Shown: positions 37,996 to 52,296, counted from the first letter of the whole stretch. The stretch is 63,365 nt of DNA, filler included, from Octopus bimaculoides (GCF_001194135.2; 6 parts of 6 records of this genome joined end to end with filler, not necessarily neighbours in it); one strand, 5' to 3'. Translations and numbers: made by a program. Notes: generated by a model from the sequence alone, not told the origin.

Positions 37996-39049
37996 CCTCT
38001 AAACACAATACCCATACTTATTGCCAACATCAGCTCGAATTGTCCATGAGGGTCATCTCTTTTGTTATAATCAATACCAATAAATCATTTATCTCAATAC
38101 CAGTCTCCGATCGGATCAATCGCCATGATCAGTCACAACTCTAACCTTACTGTCCTTTGTATTTCATCACAAAAGAGCAGGGCGACATTTAGAAACTTTA
38201 AATTCTTCCCTCTTTGCTCATTCTTCACGAAATCTTCTATAAACTTTAGAGAAGGATCAATTGTTTCTGTCACAGACCGTCACCAGTTTCCTTGCATTTC
38301 GTATTTTACACAAGCTTTCACCCTACCAGAAGGAACTAGAAGCCTTTACGTAGCCGTCTACCTACACGGAATAGTGACTCAATATCTCTCGAATGATATC
38401 CTACCGATTTAAAACGGTAGAACTCAATTGGCAATATTTTATTTTAGCATTTGGTCGGATGTGGGTAGGGCAATATATGTGACTGGTTTTAGTAAGACCT
38501 TGTCCTAGTACCTGCCACAAAATGGACTCCGTTAAAGATTCAATCAGATTGAATCTTTAATCTCGATGTAGGCCACGGTGGGATTTGAACTCAGGCATCT
38601 CGATTTCTACGAAACACTCTCCTAACTGGCAATTTATTCATCGCCCTCGAAAGGATGAAAGATAAAGCTTACTTCGGTAGAATTTCAACATAGACGGAAA
38701 GAAACCAGGATAAATGTGTAACGACTTCTCGCTCAACGCACCAACGATACTATCTAAATATATACGCAGACAGGATGCTCACGGATGGAGCGTTCGATCG
38801 TAAGTTTATTCAGCCAGGTCTCAGCAGAGACTTAGCTACTACAATTAACTTTAAAATCATTCCATCAGAATTCATATAATAGTCACTGCTAAAACTACCC
38901 ACCTTTATATTATTATCATCATTACTATTGTTGTTGTTGTTGTTGCTGTTGTTACTTCCGCTTTCATTTTCAGCTTCGTAAACAAACTAAAGATTTATAT
39001 TATACTGTTGATGTAACTCTATTTGTTGAAAAATCCTTCCCGCCTTGGG

Positions 39050-39750
39050 ACATTAAACCCACATCAGAAAATGTCTCAAACTATTGTCAGTATTGTCAAT
39101 ACTATAAAACTTGTGAAGTCTCCACAAGCCACAACTAGCATTAAACGATGCTCTACTTATCGATAAAGAACTTCTGGAAACAGTAATTATTTGTACAAAA
39201 TAATTTCGTATTTTAATCTCCCGTTTTCGCAATAAAACATCAATATTCGTTGCCCTTAATCACATGGTATCATTCGCAATACAGTAGTAATTCTTCTTCG
39301 CAAGCTTTATCAATGTACACTGTAATGAGATTTAAATCCTCAAACGATTCGAAGCTGCCACATTCCCTGCTCACCTGATGCACCTGGATACAAATATTTC
39401 GTTCATCCACTTAAAAAAAATCTCTAGAATCTAACATCTCTGGATGGCACACCGCTTTCAATTAATCAGTGATAGGATCGCAGTTAGGGCTCTCCTAATT
39501 GGGCAATTACAAAGATTTTTCTTTATTTTTCATTTCCGGGATGATCTTTAGTCATGTTCTTTGACCTTGCAATTCAAACTATTCTCTTATCGTTATTATT
39601 TCTTACACTTCTCTTCAACATCCAACTCCCGCCCACAAAGACAATTGAAAACTAAGACCATTCTGTTTTGAAGAGATGATTGGTCTATTTAGGTCATTTT
39701 TGCTAAATAATTGTTCTAAATGAATCAATGTAGCTCTTGCAGTTTCTGAT
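39050..39750 (-). mobile_element. Highly decayed CR1/L2-like RT fragment
   Basis: NCPIRRALT..CKILEIFF-like and LITVYIDKA..EELLL..IKGN-like motifs in the expected order, with many frameshifts. Confidence 0.4.
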
Positions 39751-39975
39751 TTTCTTTCAATCGATTTATAATAAATATATTTTCGTCGTGTTTTATATCA
39801 GAAATAGATTTCTAATTTCCTTCATTTTCGAAACATTCTCCCCAGAAATATCGACAAGTTTGTGTATTTCTATTCAAAGTTATTTATAAATCGTGATTTA
39901 GTACACGAGTCTAGCAGATCTATCAAAGTGATTTATGAGTATCGATTTTTATCATTATGTCTACGTATACATACA

Positions 39976-39979
<4 letters not shown>

Positions 39980-40070
<91 letters not shown>
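39980..40070. repeat. Long (TG)n microsatellite; others at 47578-47676, 50445-50542 and 57843-57920, plus many (TA)n/(CA)n at gap edges
   Basis: Direct reading. Confidence 0.95.
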
Positions 40071-40074
<4 letters not shown>

Positions 40075-40849
40075 TGTAGGAGGCAACGAGATTATGTGGC
40101 TTTCATATTTTATGAACAGAATTGTAAACAAGAGCAAACCTTGTTCAAAGTTTGGATCAAATATCAGGTGGATCGACAATATTGAGAAACAGTAGCCCAC
40201 CGTAGATTGTTCCCAGGTGATCTTCACAAGAGAAGGGAAACAAGACAACATACCTTTGGTGAATTTGCCCATGACCTTTGGACCACTCATGGATATCTCT
40301 AAATGGCGTTTACACACATGTCAAATAGAATTTTGTTCAAATGAAATTTTAGGAAGATAAAAGCTAAACTTGGCACAGGCAAAAGTTTAAGAATTATTAG
40401 ACGGATATTTCCTTCCAGCTATGTTTCTTCATAATGTTTCTCTTAGATCTCTTGCATGCAGGTCAATGGAATGCCAGCGACGTTGCCAATAGTTTTCGTT
40501 TCCCGCTGTAAATTTTCCGGTATCATGTTGAGAAGATAGCGTATCACACTTTAAAGCAGTGTTTTGATAACTCATACATATCTTATAAAGGGGGAGAGAT
40601 AGAGATCTGTATGAGCTCGAGTATAAACATACGTGTGTGTGTATATATATGTTTTGATAACTCACACACACACATATTACATCTCTCTACCCATATACCA
40701 TATATTTTATATATATATATATATAATTTTCTTACGAAACACATAGCGTAGAAGTGCTCAAATCGAACCTGAAACGGTAGATAAGTATAGTGGATAGAAT
40801 GGAAAAAGTTCAAATCAGGTAGACTACGATTAACACATACATATACGGG

Positions 40850-41815
40850 TTTAGTTAAGATAAGATAAAGATTGTCCGAATTGAAATATATATTGATATA
40901 TTAGAGATACAAAAAATATATAGAAATATAAAAATATATGAATATTAAAAATATACATGGACTTACAGATATATTGATATATAAACATACTAATAATAGA
41001 ATATAGACAAAAATAACATAGGAATAGATAATAAAAAAAACGTTTTTAGAAATTTTTTAAATATGGTAACAGGCATTAGTAAGAGTTTTGGGTTACATAG
41101 AAGAAATAAAGTGTACCGACGATCGTTTCTGGAGCTCATTCGTCCGAATTAAAAATGTATCTTAAAATTCATTTCCAGAGAATGCCCCCTTCATCAGGGA
41201 AAAATGATGTTTACGATAGATGTGCGTTCAGTTCTTTACGAAGGTATGAGAAAATTGGATGCTTTTATAGAAGAGCGGATACAGCGATGTAAATTATGAA
41301 AGTTTTTTTATGAGGGCTGATGGGAGTAAAATTAGATTGCTTACTTACTTTCTTAAAATTTATATTTGTATTGGCGATATATTGCTGTGCAACAGAAATT
41401 AATGGTAAGTGGGTTCAAATTTAAATCATCTCATGAAAGTTGAGTAGTATCTGAGGTTGCAGAAATGAATAGCGTCAGAAAACTTATTTAAAACAGTGGA
41501 ATTAAACATGTGAAGGATAATGTATGATTCTTTTATACACATTCGACATCTGCCAGTAATCGTATTGTATGGTGGGGCCTCGTCTATGATTGACCACGAC
41601 AATGTATAATTAATGTTTTGTAATTTTAAGTCGTGTATATATCTGGCTAGCGCCGTTGAAGTTTTATGTTTTACCTCATTAAAAGAACTTACATGTGTTC
41701 TATATCATTTCTTGAAGTCTTTAGTGCTTCCTTTGTACACTCTGGCTTGATGTTTGTCGCTTGTCATGTGTATTCATAGATTACATTTTTGCGTAAACAT
41801 AAACCGGTAAGCGGA
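40850..41815 (-). mobile_element. Penelope-like element 3' end: degenerate GIY-YIG endonuclease plus pLTR with hammerhead motif
   Basis: Frameshifted minus translation PLTGLCLRKNVIYEY..ARVYKGSTKDFKK*YRTHVSSF...STALARYIHDLK...WSIIDEAPPYNTITGRCRMCIKE at about 41440-41812. HHR core at 41115-41200. Confidence 0.8.
41115..41200 (-). ncRNA. Type-I hammerhead ribozyme motif, partly degenerate
   Basis: cc-CTGATGA-A-GGGGGCATTC...GAATGAGCTCCA-GAAA-CGATCG-TC-gg, with a GUC triplet. Confidence 0.65.
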
Positions 41816-41854
41816 CATAATTCAGGGGCCCTATAATTACATGTATTTATATTC

Positions 41855-41885
<31 letters not shown>

Positions 41886-43295
41886 TGTATGTATGTACGT
41901 ATTATGTATGTATAGGCGATTATGGTATGTACGTGTGTGTGTGTGTGTATAAATATATAATATTGTGTGTGTGACTGTTTTAATGCCGTGCACATGTATG
42001 TATATGTATGTATGCATGTTTATGTGTTAACGTATTTAATTAGGCTTTTAGTTCTATATACAGTATAAATTTTTTGCTGATAATATCCCAACTACATGGT
42101 TTAAAATTCTTAGTAACAACCTTCCCGTTCTAACGAATTTTATACAATTTCGCTTAGAGAAACAAAAATTGAAGTTTATTCAGCGTATTGAATACGATAC
42201 CCACATAGGCATTGAATTATAATTTCTCTGCATTAGAATTATTTTGATTAAATCCCGTTCATCAAAAACGTAGACATTAAGTAAATATCTGTATATTCAT
42301 AAGGCTTTGTTTTACATTATACATTTGAATGTATATTTTTTTTAACTACAGCAGTTCAAATATGCTAACTTTAATATGTCTTCAGAAAGCTGAAATTGCC
42401 AAAGTTCTTGTGGTCCATTTATAGTTTTTAATTTACAGCGAAATCAAATAAATACGACACAGACTGTATAGGATTTCTGTGTGCGTGCCTATGTGTGTGT
42501 GCGCACGTGTGTAATATGTACTGCACAGTCAAATTTATCTCAGTATACAATGTTTTTTCTATATATTACACGTATTTTTGGCGGAAATCGGTTTACTTTA
42601 TCATTAGAAGAAATTTCAGGCAGGACACATTAAGTAATATTATTTTTTGCTGATAATATCACATATATTTCACTGGGCCCTTGTATTGAGTACCCTACCT
42701 TTGTTCATGTAAACAAGTATTTATCGTCCATCAAAATACTTCATTATTGAAGCAAGGCTCACAAATGGAAAAGACAATACTCCGAATATGTAAAATAATT
42801 AAAGGTAATAGACAACTAGAACCCCTAAAACTATTTGCTTACCAACACAAAATTGTACACTAAAAACAAAACACCAACAGTAAAATACTGTGGTCGGTCG
42901 CTTTACGACAATTACGTGATATTCATCGGAGACACATCTAATAAATTTAAATCGGGAAATATTGAATTAAAAAAGCATCACGAAACAATACATAGGACAC
43001 ATGAAACCCACACTTTACTGTTCATAGACTATATGAGATCTTAATATTAGACAGATTTCACTATGTGAACATTTAGACATATTAGCACCAAGCAAATCAC
43101 AAAAATTCCAATCCTTTCCCTTTGCCTTTCTTTTCAGAAAAGATAGAACAAATACAAATAAAGAAAATTTGTTTATTAAAAAGTACAACCTATGACTGTA
43201 TAAATTATTACAGCATGATCAACAGAGACATTACACTGCTGTAGTTCACATTGTCATACACAAAACACATAGACAAACGCATACACAAGTTAATG

Positions 43296-43660
43296 TCATT
43301 CACATAAAAGCAAGTAGGCTATTTCTATATTTTCAATTAATCTGACAACTTGTACTGACGCATGTACTGGATTAACACAGCTTCGAATTTTGGCACAATT
43401 ATCATTCATAATATCACATGACATAATAGGCGGACATGGTGCGCATTCTTCATCCTTACTGTCTCATGATACATTCAGTTGATTAATACAGACTTATCTT
43501 TTTATGCAAGTATCATTGACGACACAGTCGCATGACCCCCTAACCTCGTATTCTGGTTCAACCAACAAAGCTGTATCTGAACTGAAGACAATTTCACTTA
43601 CATTTTCTCCACAAAAAACCCTACCCAGAGTCGAGACAAATGTGGCACAGCACCAGACCT
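43296..43660 (-). pseudogene. Cys-rich reading frame with two internal stops (pseudogene or terminal exon plus 3'UTR)
   Basis: Acceptor-like taatctgcag at 43661, then 121 codons in one frame: VWCCATF...GSCDCVVNDTCIKR*VCINQLNVS*DSKDEECAPCPPIMSCDIMNDNCAKIRSCVNP...CE*. AATAAA lies on the minus strand at 43172-43177. Confidence 0.4.
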
Positions 43661-43832
43661 CTGCAGATTACACTAATTTTCAAAAATTATGAATTTGTGA
43701 GGTCAACTAATTTTCTAAAATAAAATAAATAAAATGTCCATGCCTTTACTATTCATTCATTTCTTTATACTTGCATGTACATACACATACTCGCACATAT
43801 AGACACACACGCACACACATACATATACATAC

Positions 43833-43887
<55 letters not shown>

Positions 43888-44145
43888 NNNNNNNNNNNNN
43901 NNNNNNNNNNNNNNNNNNNNNNNNNNNNNNNNNNNNNNNNNNNNNNNNNNNNNNNNNNNNNNNNNNNNNNNNNNNNNNNNNNNNNNNNNNNNNNNNNNNN
44001 NNNNNNNNNNNNNNNNNNNNNNNNNNNNNNNNNNNNNNNNNNNNNNNNNNNNNNNNNNNNNNNNNNNNNNNNNNNNNNNNNNNNNNNNNNNNNNNNNNNN
44101 NNNNNNNNNNNNNNNNNNNNNNNNNNNNNNNNNNNNNNNNNNNNN

Positions 44146-44176
<31 letters not shown>

Positions 44177-44951
44177 AGAGAAGAAAGAGAGATGGTCATG
44201 AATTTCATCCGATGAGGACTAAAACTCAAAACGATATCTGAATATAAGGAGGAGTAGAGTGAATGACATACGTGTGTATATTATATTTGTGTATGTATGC
44301 GTATGTATATAGAAACGTCCGTTGAGGTATATAACCCTAAATCTAAAATAAATACGTAATCCCATTTATTGTTCAATAATCGTCCCCATATTCAAGTCTT
44401 TACCTTTATAGAATAATGAAGCATAAAACTCAACCTATTATAATATATTTGTGTTTATTGTAGATCGTTACGTGGAAATACGGCTGTCGAAACGACCTTT
44501 CTACTTTCAGTGAGTGTGTATGAACTGCAATAGAATAACTCCCTGTGGATATGTAGTAAATCAATTCTCATTATGCTGTGAAATATGATGGACGATAGAA
44601 ATGAGCAGCTGAAATTAGTTTCAATCTTCTGGCTCTGTGACCCTCGCTAAGATATGTTACAATCAGAAAATATGCGTACGTGGCAGTTTTTTCAGTATGA
44701 TAATATATTTTCTTCATCTTCTCATGGACATCTGCATTATTCTCGAAATCTCCCAGAGAAAGCTTTTCTCGTTCATTCAGTCATGTATGAATCTATGAAA
44801 CAACGAATGTTTTTTTTTTCTTTCTTTCTAACAATATTAATTTTTTTCAGAAAAGATATTACAGGTATATAATAGAAAGATTGATTATTAGAAAATTTCA
44901 TACTATTATGTTCATTCTCATTCTGCACTTTTTTTCCATTTTAAATATTTG

Positions 44952-45275
44952 TTTGCGTGTATGTGTGAATATATATATATAAACATGTGTGTATGTGTGA
45001 ATATATATATATAAACATGTGTGTATGTGTGAATATATATATATAAACATGTGTGTATGTGTGAATATATATATATAAACATGTGTGTATGTGTGAATAT
45101 ATATATATAAACATGTGTGTATGTGTGAATATATATATAAACATGTGTGCATGTGTGAATATATATATATAAACATGTGTGTATGTGTGAATATATATAT
45201 AAACATGTGTGCATGTGTGAATATATATATATATAAACATGTGTGTATGTGTGAATATATATATATAAACATGTG
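44952..45275. repeat. Minisatellite, about 30-34-bp unit x about 10
   Basis: (gtgtatgtgtgaatatatatatataaacatgt)n with variable (AT)n length. Confidence 0.95.
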
Positions 45276-46065
45276 TATATGTATTTGTGTGTATTACGCA
45301 TGCATATGTATTTGTGTGTATGTATTGGTGTGTATGTAACATGCATATACACGCATACTACATACATACACATATACGTGTTCATGTGCTTCTGCATACA
45401 TGTGTGTGTGTGCGCGCGTATGTGTGTGTGTATGGCCGCGCGTGTGCGTATGTGTGTGTGTGTGTGTGTGTGTGTTGGGCATCTTTGTGTGATTCTGCTC
45501 GTATTACATTGTGGCCGAGTGTCAGGATCAAGAGATTCAATCGTTGGAATGAAATTTTGTCTTCCTACCCTCTGAGTTCAAACGCTGCCGAGGGCAGCTT
45601 TTCCTCTCATCAATCCATTAGTACTTCAATGCAATGGATTGGTGGAATCTTAAAGTGGCCGTATTTGACTCAACTGTTTGCATTCTCATTCCTAATCTTA
45701 CCATGGCCTACTTGGGTGATAGAAACTTGATCTGCCCCTCCGTTTAATACTGGACTCTTCTAAAGGCACCTTGAGTGCCTTTAGCGGGGCACACTCTGCG
45801 AGCACTCGATCCAGGTTTCCGCTCCTAGTGGAGCTACCTTCCACTGTCTTCCATATTAGTTTAGCGGCCATGTAACAGGTCATGGGTATCCACTCCCTTT
45901 ATATATATATTAGAGTGAACGAAAGAAGGGCATTCAACAAATTTATTGGGAGTTCAAATTCAAGAGTACCAACGAATTTGAATCAATATATATANNNNNN
46001 NNNNNNNNNNNNNNNNNNNNNNNNNNNNNNNNNNNNNNNNNNNNNNNNNNNNNNNNNNNNNNNNN

Positions 46066-46100
<35 letters not shown>

Positions 46101-46296
46101 TTAAATTTGAAGTTAAAAATTAAGGTTTAGATAGGTGACATTAAAATGCAGTATCCAAACCTTGTTTCGGGTAAGACCCAAGTAGTAGTGTGCCTGCGGA
46201 GCACATTGACCACTTGTGGTTAGCAGGCGTCATCCGCGTTACAACGCTTTCGACGCCGGATCTACGTCAGGAAGTCTTAGGTGCATGTTGGGAACA

Positions 46297-47084
46297 TTTT
46301 AAATGATTGATACTGACCATAGAGTGTAACTAGAAGCACAACAATCGTTTCGTATGCTTTCTGCACTGCTACCTAGTGGGTGGAGGACGATGTAATGACA
46401 TCATATGCATCGCGCAGTGCAAGGAATTTCATCAGGTGACATGATAGGCTTCAAAATTTATAAGATTTATATTTGGCTCCAATCTAGAGGTTGGTGGTAT
46501 CATGGTGTGCTGCTTGTAGTTCACACACATTGGTGAAGTAAAATATTTGTTGTCTGAATACAGGAAGTGGTTGATAAAAAATACAAAGCATATAATGTAA
46601 AGGGATGTTTTAATGGCACTGGATTGAAAGGCCTTAAATCACACCAGCACCACCACCAAATTCTTGACCATGCCGTCACACTTGACTACCATAACTAGCC
46701 ATCAAATATCTCCACATGATTTAGGGCCTTTCAACCCAGTGCCATTAAACCCCCACACACACGCACACACACACCTTTACAATACATTCTTTGTATTTTT
46801 TATCAACTTCTTGTATTCAAACCACAAGGACCCTTACTTCACCAATGTGTATGAACTCCGAGCAGCACACCATGATAACTTCAGCCTCTAGATTGGAAAG
46901 AAATGTAAATATTATAACTTTTGAAGCCAATTACGTCACCTGATGAGGTTCCTTGCACTGCGATGCATCTGATGTCATTACATCGATCCCACCTACTAGG
47001 AAGCCGTGCAGAAGACAACCGAAACGATTGTTGTCCTAAATAAAGCTTCTAATTACACTCTGTCTTCCGTATCAATCACTTAAA
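46297..47084. repeat. Inverted repeat, about 350-bp arms, about 75-bp spacer
   Basis: Arms align in reverse (ccaatctagagg, ttcaccaatgtgt, ccagtgccattaaa, gtcacctgatga). Confidence 0.9.
46937..47035 (+). ncRNA. Type-I hammerhead motif in the right arm of an inverted repeat
   Basis: cac-CTGATGA-GGTT...AACC-GAAA-CGATTG-TT-gt; mirror copy at 46337-46438 on the minus strand. Confidence 0.65.
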
Positions 47085-47129
47085 GTGTGTGTGTATGTGT
47101 GTGCGTGAGAAAGAGAAAGTTTGTGTGGG

Positions 47130-47490
47130 TGTAGGTCACAGTATCACAGTATCAACCAGACCATCAGATTCTGCTATACACCGCTTGGCCCAAATCGCTT
47201 AACTAAATTGTCTTCCCACCATTGTGGAGACTTCCAAGTAGCTTTTGCGATCTCTTGGATATCACTCGACGACTGGTCGGATCCGCCAGTTGTCTCTGCA
47301 CCATGTGAAATGTCCGGCCCAGAGGAAATTGTAGTTTGGATATTCTGCTATCACAACATTCACTCCACTCCGTTCTGAAATTATCTCATTTTGAATATGT
47401 TTTCGTAATGTTATTTCTAGCATGGATCTCTCCATGGCCGTTCGTGTCGTAGCCAATCAATGTTCTGTCCTCCTCATAGCAGCACCCATC
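47130..47490 (-). mobile_element. RTE-clade LINE 3' ORF fragment
   Basis: TRTAMERSMLEITLRKHIQNEII..WAGHFTWCRDNWRIRPVVE*YPRD. Confidence 0.8.
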
Positions 47491-47576
47491 TCACTTGCGT
47501 ATAAGAGCGCAAGCATGTACGATGCCATTGATGAGTCTGACACAGTATTATCTAGCTACAGTGTGTGAGTATATAG

Positions 47577-47676
<100 letters not shown>

Positions 47677-48317
47677 AAAACAGAGAGTGAGAGAGAGGGA
47701 GGAATTTCAATGGAAAATGTCTTTATATTTATTTTGAAATTGTGAATACATTATTTATTTAATCCATCACGATTGTTGAATTTAAAAACAAGACAAACCA
47801 TAAATATAGAATCACGTTCATCGTTGAAACAGAGTTAATGTATGGAACTCTGTGATACTATTACGTAACGAAGTTGTAATTAGGAACATTGGTTTGTTGT
47901 TTTTTCTTTCAATAAATATTTCGATTTTTCCAATCTGGCGTAAGTAAAAACTGAATCTCTCATTCAATTTCATTCAACACGAAACTTCTCTCATTAAACT
48001 AATTGTTTTTTTTTATTGGAAATATATAATTGAGTAACAATACAAATAGTAATTGGACATGATGAGTTTGTTTTTTTAATTATCTCTTTTTAAAATGTGA
48101 AGAGAGCGTTGAATTGCAGCTGTCATTGTATCGAAGAGAGCAGACTGCAGGCAATCCCTCTCAAACAATGTTATTACAATCTTATTCTTCTATATTATCG
48201 ATGAAAAACTGAGTAACGAGCTAACGAGATGCCTCGACCTATCAGAAAGAGCAATCGAATGACCCGGTTATCGATTACTAACGCTTTAAAAGAAGCATGA
48301 TATTGTTTTCGAATTTT

Positions 48318-48500
48318 AGCACAAGACCAGTAAGTTTGGGGGAAAAGCTAAGTCAATTAAACCAACTCCAGTGTTCAACACGCATTTACTTTATCGACCG
48401 ACCATGGGAGAAAAGATCGGCCTCGGCGGAATTATAACTCAGAACGTAAAGACGAGTGAAATACCGTTAATACCGAATGAATACCGCTAACGAGTTTACC
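48318..48500 (-). mobile_element. SINE family C (other decayed copies at about 8575, 32760, 38610, 45500)
   Basis: cctcggcggaattataactcagaacgtaaagacg...aataccgctaa. Confidence 0.7.
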
Positions 48501-49219
48501 AGGTCACTGCTTTACAGGAATAGAGAACATTGGGTGATCTAGTCCTAAATGTGTGATATCGATATAGGAAACGAAATACAGTCAGTGGGGATGTGTCTCA
48601 TCATATGACTGCACGAACAGCTCTTACTTGGGTCTAAATTAAAACAACAACAACAACAACAACAACAGCAGCAGTAACAGCAACAGCAGCAGCAGCAACA
48701 GCAGCAAATGGTTGATGTTAACGATGTAGTTTATAAATTGCTCGCACAACAATTCGATGCAATCGTTTTAAACGAAGAATAAAATTATAAGAAACGACAC
48801 AAAATGAATCAACAAATTCGATTGTATTCCATTCTACTTAATATTTCATTGTTTAAAGTGATTGAAATCATTGCAGTCTCTCTTTTTCTTTTTCCTTTTT
48901 TTTTTTTTTTTCCTAAAATATTAAATTCAAATGTTAATTACAATGTCTCTCATATACAGAAAAGAATATCATTGAAAAAGCTCTTTATTTGTGTGGGTTT
49001 TTTTTTTTTCTCTTAGAAATCTAATGATTTCTTTGTAAACGAGTGAATCTGTGACAACACATTCTATCTCTATGCTTGCTAGAAATTCTCAAGCAGTGAA
49101 ACTACAACATACACAAGCCTTCCGAAGGCCATCTTGACAGCTTCCCCGACTTATAGGAACCAGCCATACCATTATCATACACACACACACACAAACAAAC
49201 AAACACATACATATACATG

Positions 49220-49250
<31 letters not shown>

Positions 49251-49759
49251 GTATGTATANNNNNNNNNNNNNNNNNNNNNNNNNNNNNNNNNNNNNNNNN
49301 NNNNNNNNNNNNNNNNNNNNNNNNNNNNNNNNNNNNNNNNNNNNNNNNNNNNNNNNNNNNNNNNNNNNNNNNNNNNNNNNNNNNNNNNNNNNNNNNNNNN
49401 NNNNNNNNNNNNNNNNNNNNNNNNNNNNNNNNNNNNNNNNNNNNNNNNNNNNNNNNNNNNNNNNNNNNNNNNNNNNNNNNNATATATATATATATATATA
49501 TATAACAAAGTTATTTTATTCCACACGAGTATAAATATAGGAAAAATAGAAGTTGAAAATGCATTGAGAATAGTTAAGATATTTTTTATAATATATTTGA
49601 AGCCTTAACCGGTTTCACAGTTTACACTGATTTTCAAAAAGCTGAAATAGAAATGTGGCTTATGTCGCAGCTGTCTTGCTTCTGACAAGTGTTTGAAGTT
49701 TGCCCTATTTTTATAGGGACTTCATGGCTCAAATTAGTATATGTTTTAAATAGGATTTG

Positions 49760-50200
49760 ATTGGTAGAGAATAGTCACATGACTGACCTTACAAATTTTT
49801 GTAAGTTCCCCGCTACGTCCGTGTGTTGGTATCAAGTGACAATGTCTGGCATCGTAAGTTAAGGAGAGCTTGCTCTCTAGGTCTGTAGGAAGGCCGTTCT
49901 TACGATACAAGGACGTTTGCAAAAGGGACACGAAGGCCTGCGACATCAATATTAGCAACTGGGAAGCGGTTGCCAGCAACCGTGGAGATAGTCGGCACAC
50001 CATAGAAGAGGGAACACAAAGGAGTGACAGAGGGAGAGAGAAGAAATGGAAAAAACAAGAAAAGACGTCAACAAGAAACTATGACATTACAACTAGCCAA
50101 GCAAAGTCTACGCTACATTTGCGGCACCTGACAGAGGGAGTGTTTGTCCAGGATAGAACTACACAGCCACAGCAGGAGATGTATTCGGACATCAAATGTA
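49760..50200 (+). mobile_element. RTE/BovB-like LINE 3' end
   Basis: RSVGRPFLRYKDVCKRDTKACDINISNWEAVASNR, then YICGT*QRECLSRIGLHSHSRRC (C-terminal zinc finger). Confidence 0.85.
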
Positions 50201-50442
50201 AAAACCGGACTAGATTATTTTATGCGCAACTCCATTGTCTCCCGAGACAAAAAGGATGCCAACGTATATATAATTATATATATATATATATCATAAGGTT
50301 CGGAGGTGCTGTACAGGAATTATATATTAGAAAAAATATTAATGTACTTAGATATCTGGATGGTTGTACATTTAAAGATTTCTATTAATAAAAATCTGTA
50401 AATGTACAGCTATCCAGATTTTTTCTGATATATATGTGTGTA

Positions 50443-50543
<101 letters not shown>

Positions 50544-52296
50544 ATATACTCTTTTTCTTCCTGAGCTATCGTATTTAACTTCAACTGCACTATCTCATAA
50601 CGCCAGAATAACTTCTAAATGCTTTTACGACTGAGATTTTTCCTAACTACTGATAATTAACTTAAAAATTGTTTCAGTATCTAAGTAATACTCAACGTTT
50701 GCCTTATGTATCTGTGTGAAAGATGAAAATATTTGCATATTAAGCATTTATGAAAATTATTTATAATCATATGGTCGAATATATTTTGCAATGTGTATCA
50801 TAATTTTTTCTGCTTAACATAACGTCACAATGTGTTGAGTCATTAAATCTGTACTTCACATCGAAAGTCATGGGTTTTGATACCGTACTCTTTGATGAAT
50901 TTAACTTCGGTCAGCATCTCCTTACTTTTACGTTTTCATCGCCATGCCAACAAGGTTATAGACAATATCCACCACACCGCTCATTTTTGATAAAACGAAC
51001 TCCAGGATAACAGAGTCATACTGTGTTGTGCAGCAAGGAGACATCCAAAATATTCAGTGTCCCTACATTACACCAAAAGGTAAACAGCATCATCAAAGAC
51101 TGTGAAAGACGTTCCCCATCATAGGAAAACACCATTAGGAAAAACGCTGATTGTCAACTATTGGTACAAATATTTGACATTTAATCGAAAGTTTCTCTTA
51201 TCGACATTTGATTAAGGATGACGCTAACATCGAAAGGAAGTGTAACGTCTTATGCACTTGTAATGCATTACTTGACATTTCCTTAAGTTAGTGTATTGTT
51301 AACCAAGAATAGGAGTCAGCTAGAAAATATGCTATGAACAAGCGAAATAGTGAAACCCTTAAATTCACAAGATTCGACCGAAAATATCGATAATGTCACA
51401 TTTCCATTACAGATATTACACCTGATCAGCAGCATTGTCTAAAATACCCCTTAGGTACGAATTCCCAAAGGGGCTGTGCTATTGCAATGTCATTTGTAGG
51501 AAACACCTCTGGAATATATTATAGGAAACATTTCTACTGTTAACTACACACACACACACATTTAACCTAAGGAATATTAGCAGGATAATTCCATCATAGC
51601 TACCACCAAATTCAAATATAACAGGACTGATATAGGGGGGGCAAAAGCAATCATATATAGTTAGAAGCGTAGCTACTCTGCTGGCATGGAAATTCCTTTC
51701 AAAACCAATGAGAGAGCGAATGCTTAGGGGCGACAGCAACCCTGATATCTACTAAGCTTTCTCTATGGATTATAAACACAAGTTTGTACCAGTAATTATC
51801 GGTGTATTTGGTTATATAATAAAAACATTTTGACCGGAAAATCGAACAACTGTTTTTTTTTCAAACAGAAAACAGACAAAGTTACACGAATTTCTGCAGA
51901 TATAATCCGTAAGGGGAACATTGGCAATATTAACTGTACGCAACGCTTCGGTGTTGTTATTTAAATTCCATCTTCTTCGTTTCGTTATTAGAAACAAGAT
52001 TTTTCTTTATATGATAATTCAAATAGAGAAAAGTAGTGCAATATATATATATATATATATATTACAGTTCTATATTTAAGAGATGAGGAATAATGTAAAT
52101 AATATATATAAAGCTCGTCGAAACGCCGGTGTTAAAACGTGGGTAGCTGATGAAGTAGAATGTTCTCTATGTGGCTCGTGTGTTCTCGTCTACGTTTGTT
52201 TGCAATGTCCTGTACCCAGATATGCACCTATACATACAGGTGGATGTCGGTATGCACATACCTGTACGTATATATGCATATACTCATTTACTTTTG

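Noticed and set aside
44207-44242. ccgatgaggactaaaactcaaaacgatatc hammerhead-like string (also 18701 and 19674)
   Set aside because: Core mismatches and/or no pairable stem II or stem I.
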